Source of the DNA: Candidatus Hadarchaeales archaeon
GTDB lineage: Archaea; Hadarchaeota; Hadarchaeia; Hadarchaeales; Hadarchaeaceae
Length of the DNA stretch: 15,022 nt
Assembly: GCA_038851565.1 (NCBI GenBank)
Contig: JAWCKV010000023.1
Span: 1-15,022 of the forward strand
Direction of reading: 5' to 3'
In this document: positions 7,920 through 15,022 of the stretch, in pieces
How positions within the stretch are numbered: position 1 is the stretch's first letter
Layout: each line of letters begins with the position of its first letter
Position numbers and translations under genes: made by a program
Notes under the pieces: model-generated
What the model was told of the DNA's origin: nothing
What the model saw: the letters and a program-made list of their open reading frames with translations, nothing else
Database searches by the model: none

Positions 7920-9566
7920 ATGGCTGCTTTGACGGGTAAACCGGTACTGGTGCTTGCGGAGGGTACCCAGAGGACGCTGGGCCGCGATGCCCAGAGGATG
8001 AACATCCTCGCTGCAAGGGTCATCAGCGAGGCGGTCCGCACGACGCTCGGTCCGAGGGGCATGGACAAAATGCTCGTTGACACGCTTGGAGATGTGATAG
8101 TTACAAACGACGGAGTTACCATTCTTAAGGAGATGGAGGTCGAGCACCCAGCTGCCAAAATGCTCGTCGAGGTGGCCAAGACTCAGGACGATGAGGTGGG
8201 CGATGGAACCACGACCGCGGTGATTATAGCGGGAGAACTACTCAAGGAGGCCGAAGGGCTTCTTGATCAGGGAATTCACCCCACGATAATAGCCACCGGG
8301 TACAGAAGGGCGGCTGAGAAGGCGCAGGAGCTTCTTGAGAAGCTGGCAGAGCCAGTTGAGATCAACGATGATGATGTTCTGAAGAAGATAGCAATGACCT
8401 CGATGACAGGGAAGAAGGCGGAGGCATCAAAGGAGAAGCTTGCAGAAATTTCGGTTAAGGCGATCAAGCAGATAGCTGACAGAAAGGACGGCGGATATGT
8501 TGTGGATCTTGATTATGTTGGCATTGAGAAAAAACCGGGAGAAAGCATAGACGACTCTCAGCTCGTTCAGGGAGTTATCCTCGACAAGGAGCGGGTTCAT
8601 CCTGGCATGCCAAAGAGGGTCAAGAACGCCAGGATAGCCCTCCTAGACTGCGCCCTCGAAATAAAGAAGACCGAGACGGATGCCGAGATAAGAGTTACCA
8701 ATCCAGAACAGTTGAGGGCCTTTCTCGACGAAGAGGAAAAAATGCTGAAGAAGATGGCGGACCAGATAGCCCAGACCGGGGCAAACGTGGTGATATGCCA
8801 GAAGGGAATTGACGATATGGTCCAGCACTACCTGGCGAAGGCGGGCATATATGCGGTGAGAAGGGCGAAGAAGACGGACATGGAGCGCCTTGCGCGCGCG
8901 ACTGGGGGCAGGATCGTCACGAGTCTCGACGACCTCACGCCGGCTGATCTCGGAGAGGCAGGCCTGGTGGAGGAGCAGAAGATGGGCGAGGACAAGCTGA
9001 CGTTTGTCAAGGACTGCAAGAACCCAAAGGCCGTCGGCATACTGATAAGGGGGGGGACCGAGCACGTCATAGACGAGATAGAGAGGGGAGTACACGATGC
9101 CCTCAGCGTGGTCGGCACTGCAATAGAGGACGGCAAAATAGTGTACGGTGGAGGTGCTCCTGAAGTGGAGGTGGCAAAGGGGCTCAGGGAGTTCGCCGAG
9201 ACCGTCGGTGGAAGAGAGGCCCTTGCCATAAACAGCTTTGCCAACGCTGTTGAGTCAATTCCGAAGACCCTTGCGGAGAATGCAGGAATGGACAGCATAG
9301 ATATACTCGTTGAGTTAAGGGCAAAGCACGAGAGCCAGGATGGCAGGTGGTTCGGCGTTAACGTTTTCAACGGAAAGGTTGCAGACATGAAGAAGGAGAG
9401 CGTGATAGAGCCGCTCCGCGTGAAGACGCAGGCGATAAAGTCAGCCAGCGATGCAGCGATAATGATATTGAGGATCGACGACGTCATAGCGGCAACTAAG
9501 AAGGAAGCTCCCTCAAAGGGGCCGTCAAAGTCAGAAGAGGAAAGCGAGGAAATAGGCGAGGACTGA
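7920..9566 (+). CDS. ths: Thermosome subunit (group II chaperonin)
   Basis: [57 protein letters not shown]. Confidence 0.98.
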   Translation: MAALTGKPVLVLAEGTQRTLGRDAQRMNILAARVISEAVRTTLGPRGMDKMLVDTLGDVIVTNDGVTILKEMEVEHPAAKMLVEVAKTQDDEVGDGTTTAVIIAGELLKEAEGLLDQGIHPTIIATGYRRAAEKAQELLEKLAEPVEINDDDVLKKIAMTSMTGKKAEASKEKLAEISVKAIKQIADRKDGGYVVDLDYVGIEKKPGESIDDSQLVQGVILDKERVHPGMPKRVKNARIALLDCALEIKKTETDAEIRVTNPEQLRAFLDEEEKMLKKMADQIAQTGANVVICQKGIDDMVQHYLAKAGIYAVRRAKKTDMERLARATGGRIVTSLDDLTPADLGEAGLVEEQKMGEDKLTFVKDCKNPKAVGILIRGGTEHVIDEIERGVHDALSVVGTAIEDGKIVYGGGAPEVEVAKGLREFAETVGGREALAINSFANAVESIPKTLAENAGMDSIDILVELRAKHESQDGRWFGVNVFNGKVADMKKESVIEPLRVKTQAIKSASDAAIMILRIDDVIAATKKEAPSKGPSKSEEESEEIGED

Positions 9567-9580
9567 AACAGGTTAGTCGG

Positions 9581-10126
9581 ATGAATCTGGTACCCAAATA
9601 TTTCTTTTTGACGAGAGGTGTGGGGCATCATAAGGAGCAGCTCAGGTCGTTTGAGTATGCATTGGAGGATGCGGGGATAGCGAAGTTCAACTTGGTATCG
9701 GTCTCGAGCATAATCCCCCCCAGGTGCAAGTTTATAACAAAGGAAAAAGGATTGAAGATGCTGCATGACGGGCAGATACTTTTCGGGGTCTTCTCCAAGT
9801 GCAGCAGCAATGAGAAGAGGAGGCTCATCTCGGCGAGCATAGGATGTGCCCTCCCGGCGGATGAGCGCACATATGGCTACATAAGCGAGCACCACTCCTT
9901 CGGACAGGACGCTAAAGAGGCAGGGGACTACGCCGAGGATCTGGCGGCATCCATGCTAGCAAGTGCGCTGGGGCTGCCGTTCGACCCCGACAAGAGCTGG
10001 AACGAGAGGAAGCAGATATGGAAGATCTCGGGGAAAATAGTAAGGACGATGAACATCACCCAGACTGCTTTTGTCAAGGAGGATCAGTGGTCGACGGTAT
10101 TCGCGGGAGCGGTTTTTGTCCTGTAG
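9581..10126 (+). CDS. pdaD: Pyruvoyl-dependent arginine decarboxylase
   Basis: SFEYALEDAGIAKFNLVSVSSIIPP with the Ser-Ser self-cleavage site, GYISEH, YAEDLAASMLA. Confidence 0.92.
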   Translation: MNLVPKYFFLTRGVGHHKEQLRSFEYALEDAGIAKFNLVSVSSIIPPRCKFITKEKGLKMLHDGQILFGVFSKCSSNEKRRLISASIGCALPADERTYGYISEHHSFGQDAKEAGDYAEDLAASMLASALGLPFDPDKSWNERKQIWKISGKIVRTMNITQTAFVKEDQWSTVFAGAVFVL

Positions 10127-10129
10127 CCT

Positions 10130-11404
10130 TCAGCCCGAATATCCGATATTGGCTCCCAGTGATTTGAAGGTGGACACGAATTTTGAATATGCGGCCCCGA
10201 TGGCGTCAGCACCTCCCTTTATCAAGGTTTTGCCCTCTGCCCCAAGCCCGGCTACAGTTAGGGCGGCTGCCACTGCGTGGTCCCCCTGCCCGTCCACTTG
10301 GCAGCCTTTTAATTTGCACGGCCCCTTCACTACTATTGAGTCCCCCGCGTCAAGTGCGCTGGCGCCCATCCTCTTCAGTTCGCGCAATATCACTGCAACG
10401 CGGTCGGTTCTCATCCCTCTGGCTTCCGAGGCCCCCTCGATTCTTGTGGTCCCTTTTGCATAGCAGGAGAGAACGGCAATGAACGGGAACAGCTCAGGTG
10501 CCCACGAGATGTCCACCCTCGTGCCTTTCAGAGACCCGCCCTCCACTCTGAGCCAGTTGCCCTTATATCTGATTTTCATTCCAAACGCCCGCAGCGTGTG
10601 TATGAGAAGTTCATCCCTTTCGGAGAAAATCTTGCCCGATTTTACCATGAGCCTTGACCCGGATATGCCGGAGGCGACCAAAAAGGCAATCGTGGAGCAC
10701 AGGTCCTTGGGAATCCTGTAAGTGGCTGCCCTGTAACCTCCCGGCTGAATCGAAATGCCAGACGAACCCTGCCTTACCGTACACCCAGCCCTTTTCATCA
10801 ACTCGAGCATGCTCTTCACGGGGAACATGAATTTATCGTGCCTCAGGAGGAGACAGGCTTTCCTCTGAGAAAATGGAGCTGCGAGAAGCGCGGGTGGGAT
10901 AAATCTGTGTGGAATGTCCCTGAGGTTTATCCTTCCGCCGGACAGGGTTCCACCGAAGTTCATAAAGGGGGGGCTTTCCTCCGGGTTTGCGGAGTGGATT
11001 TTGATGCCGATCCTCCTGAGGGATTCCAGAAGTTCGGGCATGGGACGCCTGCACAGGTTGTGATCTCCCGTTATCACCATCGGCATCTTGGAAAAAGTGG
11101 CAACAGCGCTCATGATGGAGATGGCGGTTTCAGATCCCTTCAGGTCGAGGGCAGGCTGCACCGGCGTGAATCCCCTCTCAACCCCCCAAATCGACCATCT
11201 CCCCTGCGACCTCTTCAGGATGCATCCAATTGTTTCGCAGGCCTTGGCCAGCACAGATGTATCCCTTGAGACAAGCGGCGATTCCAAAACGCTCTTGTTG
11301 GGACAGAGCGATGCCAGCGCGCATGAGAGGAGTGTTAGGTATTTCGACGGCTGGGGCTCTATTTCCCCCTCTATCGTGGAGGATTGGCTTACCACGATGT
11401 CCAA
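10130..11404 (-). CDS. AroA/EPSP-synthase-like protein with a degenerate active site
   Basis: Full length (424 aa) and collinear with EPSPS (PSK, S.DT, RRPM, TDR, GDH), but most substrate-binding and catalytic residues are substituted. TTG start with a GGGTGAG ribosome-binding site at 11415-11409. Confidence 0.85.
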   Translation of the reverse strand: MDIVVSQSSTIEGEIEPQPSKYLTLLSCALASLCPNKSVLESPLVSRDTSVLAKACETIGCILKRSQGRWSIWGVERGFTPVQPALDLKGSETAISIMSAVATFSKMPMVITGDHNLCRRPMPELLESLRRIGIKIHSANPEESPPFMNFGGTLSGGRINLRDIPHRFIPPALLAAPFSQRKACLLLRHDKFMFPVKSMLELMKRAGCTVRQGSSGISIQPGGYRAATYRIPKDLCSTIAFLVASGISGSRLMVKSGKIFSERDELLIHTLRAFGMKIRYKGNWLRVEGGSLKGTRVDISWAPELFPFIAVLSCYAKGTTRIEGASEARGMRTDRVAVILRELKRMGASALDAGDSIVVKGPCKLKGCQVDGQGDHAVAAALTVAGLGAEGKTLIKGGADAIGAAYSKFVSTFKSLGANIGYSG

Positions 11405-11481
11405 TCAGCTCACCCGATAACTTTCTCGTTTCTCTCCTTATGATTTACCCAGCTGAGCAGCTGTCGGTTTAAATGTCGGGC

Positions 11482-12384
11482 CTAGATCAATCCCGCCCTC
11501 CTTGCCAGAGGCCTGATTTCTCCATCAAGGCCCGCAACTGGCCTCAGCACCTGAAGGCCCCACATCTCCACGGCAGCTGCCTCCTCTATTGTTTCTCCCG
11601 TGATGAGAGCCATAATTCCCAGCTTCCTGGCGAGGCGCTCCATAGCACCTGCCAGATTTCCGTCATCACCTGTCTTTAGAATTGATAGTTCCAGATGAGG
11701 GTTCATGCCCTGCAGTCTCCTGACTTGCTTATTGACTTTTTTCATGATCTTCTTGTCGGATTTGGTCCCCCGGTGCACGAAAAGTGGAACCACCACAGCG
11801 CCTCTTTTCATCATGAGATATGCGGCCACTGCGTCCCGGAGTTTACCCTTCATGAGCGCCATGACTTTTCCCTGAGTTCCGGTGGGTAACCCCCCAGCTC
11901 CGCATATAGTTTCACTATAAACGTAAGCTTGCCTGCCCCTGACCTCCACGCTTATCACAACATCTGGTGAGGAGAGGTTTACCCTTGTTTTAGGAAATTT
12001 TTCCAGCACAGCCCTTCCAGCGTTTTTGCATACGTCCATGCTGGTGAAGGGATGTTGCCCAACCCGTGTCGCCCTGATGGCAAAGCTTTTTCCATGGCCA
12101 AGGGATTTCCGCGCTACCCTAACAACGGTTTTCACTATGTCCTCCAGCATGGCGGACGTTGAGATGGCAGGGCTTGTTGACGTCACGCCGGGAAGCATTG
12201 CTATCTTTCTGGCCATCTTATCCGCCATCCTGCACTCGACGAATATCCTGCCCCTCTCGCGGCTTAGGGAGAACCTCCTTCCAAGCATGAGCCTTATTGA
12301 TCTGAGGAGGGCTCCCTCGAACTTTCTGCGCACGGGCTCGCTCTTCAGGGCGAGCTCCCCGTATCTCACGATGATAGTCCGCAT
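11482..12384 (-). CDS. ThiI-like protein (NFLD plus THUMP) with a degenerate PP-loop and truncated C-terminus
   Basis: IIVRYGELALKS, THUMP SFAIRATRVGQHPFTS...VNLSSPD, and GGLP.GTQGKV...AAYLMMKRG, but SGGIDS reads KGKLRD. Start at ATG 12384 or 12396. Confidence 0.85.
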   Translation of the reverse strand: MRTIIVRYGELALKSEPVRRKFEGALLRSIRLMLGRRFSLSRERGRIFVECRMADKMARKIAMLPGVTSTSPAISTSAMLEDIVKTVVRVARKSLGHGKSFAIRATRVGQHPFTSMDVCKNAGRAVLEKFPKTRVNLSSPDVVISVEVRGRQAYVYSETICGAGGLPTGTQGKVMALMKGKLRDAVAAYLMMKRGAVVVPLFVHRGTKSDKKIMKKVNKQVRRLQGMNPHLELSILKTGDDGNLAGAMERLARKLGIMALITGETIEEAAAVEMWGLQVLRPVAGLDGEIRPLARRAGLI

Positions 12385-12420
12385 GCTGTCACACATGATC
12401 TCTGCCGGACAAAAATAAGC

Positions 12421-12957
12421 TCAGTCCTTGAGAAGCTTTGTTATCAGGTCTCCGGCCCTCTTTATGTCCGCCATGCTTTTCGCCCCGGCGCATACTCCCT
12501 TGCCGGAGACGAAGAGGAGGACCACGACCTTTGGATCCTCTACCCTGAACACGAGCCCCGGAAAGACCTCAGGCTCGTATTCAGTGTTCTCAAAACTTCT
12601 CGCTATCCTCTCAAGGTCAAATTCTCTTCCGAAGTCGAATGAGGCCACTATGTTCTGCACCTGTACCTTGGGTTCTGACCTTATCTTGACCCCGGCCTTC
12701 CTGAGCTTGTTCGTGAGCTTTTTTATGGCCAGCTTTGCGTCCTGCATGCTTTTGGCCCCCACGCAGTTCATCTTTCCAGATGCAAATATCAGAAAAGATG
12801 CCGGGGGATCCTCTGACTTGTAGGCTATCCCTGGGAACACCTCCGGGTCATATCGGGCGTTGTCAAGCGACTTTGCGAGCCTTTCAAGGTTGAACTCCAC
12901 CCCTTCGTACGTTACCGAGAGAACAATGTTCTGGACCTGTATCTTCACATTTGCCAT
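12421..12957 (-). CDS. tbp: TATA-box binding protein
   Basis: Two internal repeats: QNIV...YDPEVFPG...LIFASGK...GAKS and QNIVAS...YEPEVFPGLVFR..DPK..LLFVSGK...GAKS. Start trimmed to ATG 12957. Confidence 0.96.
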   Translation of the reverse strand: MANVKIQVQNIVLSVTYEGVEFNLERLAKSLDNARYDPEVFPGIAYKSEDPPASFLIFASGKMNCVGAKSMQDAKLAIKKLTNKLRKAGVKIRSEPKVQVQNIVASFDFGREFDLERIARSFENTEYEPEVFPGLVFRVEDPKVVVLLFVSGKGVCAGAKSMADIKRAGDLITKLLKD

Positions 12958-12983
12958 TAGATCGCCCAAAAATACTAATCGGG

Positions 12984-13012
12984 GAGCCATAAAAATATTG
13001 GTTTTATAGCTC
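12984..13012. promoter_or_regulatory. Back-to-back TATA-like boxes forming an inverted repeat between tbp and moaE
   Basis: GAGCCATAAAA-N7-TTTTATAGCTC, with 11-bp arms and one mismatch. Each arm contains a TTTTAT core about 30 bp from a start codon (12957 and 13038). Confidence 0.6.
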
Positions 13013-13070
13013 GGGAAGAATCAGGGGAACTGGTTGCATGGCAGAGGCAGGGGTTCACAGAAGGGGAGAC

Positions 13071-13457
13071 ATGAAATTCGAGGAAGTCCTAGAAAAGTTC
13101 AGGGAGGGTCTCTCTCGGGAAGTCGGCGGAATAGGATGTTTCATCGGAGTAGTGAGAGGAATTGCCCAAAATGGAAAGAGCGTTAAGATGCTTCATTATG
13201 AGAGCGCGGATGAAGCAGTTGAGGACCTCAGGAGGATAGCGGTGGAGATTGAGAGAATACATGGGGTGGAAAGTGTTGCGATCCATCACTTCGTGGACGA
13301 TCTTCTGCCCGGAGAGGACACGATATACGTGCTGGTCGCGGGGAGGGGGCGAGAGGATGTGTTTCGGGCGCTTCAGGACGTGATGATCAGGGTGAAGAGA
13401 GAGCCCCTTGTGTGGAAGAAGGAGATCACGGAAGATGGTGAGCGCTGGGTGCGGTGA
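13071..13457 (+). CDS. moaE: Molybdopterin synthase large subunit-like protein
   Basis: GIGCFIGVVR, LHYE, IHH....L.PGE, VK...VWKKE, ERWV. Start is 13071 (GGGGAG ribosome-binding site) or 13038. Confidence 0.82.
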   Translation: MKFEEVLEKFREGLSREVGGIGCFIGVVRGIAQNGKSVKMLHYESADEAVEDLRRIAVEIERIHGVESVAIHHFVDDLLPGEDTIYVLVAGRGREDVFRALQDVMIRVKREPLVWKKEITEDGERWVR

Positions 13458-14545
13458 TGTTGAGGAAGATAGTTAGGACCAAGGCCAACTCCCTTCTGCT
13501 CGGGAGGATGCCCAAAGGGTGCAGGCTCTGCATCATCGGCGCAAAGATGGTGCTCTTCATGACTGGAATCTGTTCCAGATCCTGCTTTTACTGTCCCTTA
13601 TCCGATAGGAGGAGGGGAAAAGATGTGGTTTACGCCAACGAGCGTCCCGTCAGGTCAGTGAGGGAGGCCATAGAGGAGGCCAGGCTAATGGATGCTCTTG
13701 GCACTGGAATAACCGGGGGTGACCCAACTTTAAGGTTCGAAAGGACTCTGCGGTATATCAGGGCGCTCAGAAGGGCATTTGGGAAAAAGCACCACGTCCA
13801 CATGTACTGCGCCTCGGAGCTTCCGGAGAGCAAACTCAGGGCACTTAGGTCAGCAGGGCTGGATGAGATAAGGTTTCACGTGTGGAGCGAAAAACCGGTG
13901 AAGGATGCGCTGAAGATTGGCCTCAGCGCAGGCATCGAGATTCCCGCCCTGCCAGGGGAGATCAGAAGGATGAAGGTTTTTCTTGAAAGGCTGGATTCCG
14001 TCGGCTGCGAGTTTGCCAACATCAACGAGCTCGAGTTCTCCGATACGAACGTTTATGAGTTCAGAAGGAGGGGTTTCAGGGTTAAATCGGATGAGTCGAT
14101 GGCCGTCAGGGGCAGCGAGGAAGCTGCGAAGCGGATATTAAAATGGGCGGCATCCCGCCTGTCCATGAGCGTCCACTACTGCCCCAGCTCTTTGAAGGAT
14201 TCGGTTCAGCTTAGAAACAGGCTGGTCAGGAGGGCGAGAAAAATCATGAGGCCGCACGAGGTGATGACCGGGGAAGGGCTGCTTTTCAAGGGCATAGTTC
14301 TGGGTTTGTCCGCTAGAGAGCTGTGGAGGGTGCGGGGCTATCTTGTTGGGAGATATGAAATACCTCCAGAGTTGGTGGTGGTAGACATGGAAAAGAAAAG
14401 GGTTGAACTTCACTGGAAGGTTGCCGAGGAGATAGCACCCATGGAGCCTCACCTAAAATTCGCGCTCGTGGAGGAATATCCGACCCACGACAGGCTGGAG
14501 ACTACACTTATCCCGATCAGCGATAGGAAGCAAGGTACTCCTTAG
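13454..14545 (+). CDS. Uncharacterised archaeal radical SAM protein (COG2108-like)
   Basis: PKGCRLC..GAKMVLFMTGICSRSCFYCPLS (extra CxxC plus CxxxCxxC), ITGGDP, GLDEIRFH, NINELEFS, VHYC...KD.VQLRNR. Overlaps the moaE stop (GTGA). Confidence 0.88.
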   Translation: MMLRKIVRTKANSLLLGRMPKGCRLCIIGAKMVLFMTGICSRSCFYCPLSDRRRGKDVVYANERPVRSVREAIEEARLMDALGTGITGGDPTLRFERTLRYIRALRRAFGKKHHVHMYCASELPESKLRALRSAGLDEIRFHVWSEKPVKDALKIGLSAGIEIPALPGEIRRMKVFLERLDSVGCEFANINELEFSDTNVYEFRRRGFRVKSDESMAVRGSEEAAKRILKWAASRLSMSVHYCPSSLKDSVQLRNRLVRRARKIMRPHEVMTGEGLLFKGIVLGLSARELWRVRGYLVGRYEIPPELVVVDMEKKRVELHWKVAEEIAPMEPHLKFALVEEYPTHDRLETTLIPISDRKQGTP

Positions 14546-15022
14546 CGAGTCTCGCGTAGTTTTCCGCCTGGAGCTTTATGTTCCTCTCTTCCTCCCTCGT
14601 GACTTTCCTGAGCGGTCTGGCCGGGATGCCCACCATCACAGTTCTCCTGGGAACCTCGGCATCCCTGAGGACCACCGCCCCGAGGCCTATCATGGATCCC
14701 CTCCTGATCACCGCACCGTTGAACACCACGGAGCCACCGCCCACCACGCAGTTGTCCTCTATGGTACATCCGTGAACAAGCGCTTGATGCCCGATTACTA
14801 CGTAGTTGCCGATCTTCGCGGGCCTGTATCTCGGTTTACCCCTCGTGATGAAGTCCCCCACGTGTACCACAGCGTTGTCCTGCACGCAGGTGTGGTTCCC
14901 TATTGTTATTTTTCCAAAGTCCCCTCTTATCACGGCCCCCGGCCACACGCTTGAGTGCTTGCCTATTACCACATCGCCTATCACGGTCGCCGAGGGATGC
15001 ACGAGGGCCGTTTTGTGGATGG
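14517..15022 (-). CDS. Gamma carbonic anhydrase family (YrdA/CaiE-like hexapeptide-repeat protein); 5' end lies beyond the window
   Basis: IHKTALVHPSATVIGDVVIG..SSVWPGAVIRGD, VQDNAVVH, IGHQALVHGC (three metal-binding His), GIPAR, and a C-terminal helix ...YARLA. Confidence 0.9.
   Translation of the reverse strand, partial: IHKTALVHPSATVIGDVVIGKHSSVWPGAVIRGDFGKITIGNHTCVQDNAVVHVGDFITRGKPRYRPAKIGNYVVIGHQALVHGCTIEDNCVVGGGSVVFNGAVIRRGSMIGLGAVVLRDAEVPRRTVMVGIPARPLRKVTREEERNIKLQAENYARLAKEYLASYR

Noticed and set aside
7815..8147. Long N-terminal extension of the A24 peptidase
   Set aside because: It runs through the promoter and antisense into the thermosome gene; family similarity starts near 7814.
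8828..9895. 355-aa minus-strand ORF
   Set aside because: Antisense to ths and pdaD, with the Ser-rich composition typical of shadow frames.
12421..12957. Internal DNA repeat
   Set aside because: Explained by the normal two-repeat structure of TBP.
1..15022. CRISPR arrays, tRNA/rRNA, C/D-box sRNAs, IS elements
   Set aside because: None recognised by eye. Intergenic gaps are short and mostly accounted for by promoter-like signals. A covariance-model search was not possible.

Overview
Archaeal chromosomal region (TBP, thermosome, AMP phosphorylase, GGTGA/GGGG-type ribosome-binding sites, TATA/BRE promoters), densely coding, with no mobile elements, CRISPR arrays or RNA genes recognised. On the left, a minus-strand histidine operon (DUF1152-like gene, hisC, hisG, hisA, hisB, then hisF cut by the window edge) diverges from an Lrp/AsnC regulator across an AT-rich spacer. 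That spacer holds a perfect palindrome and two related boxes at 30-bp spacing. Next come AMP phosphorylase, an A24 prepilin peptidase, a thermosome subunit and a pyruvoyl-dependent arginine decarboxylase. A minus-strand run follows: TBP, a ThiI-like THUMP protein and an AroA-like protein. Both of the latter are intact ORFs that appear to have lost their catalytic residues. The window ends with moaE, a radical SAM gene and a gamma-carbonic-anhydrase-like gene. The most notable items are (1) an uncharacterised DUF1152-like gene translationally coupled at the head of a putatively Lrp-controlled his operon and (2) two adjacent apparent pseudoenzymes. All motif comparisons were made by eye against remembered reference sequences.
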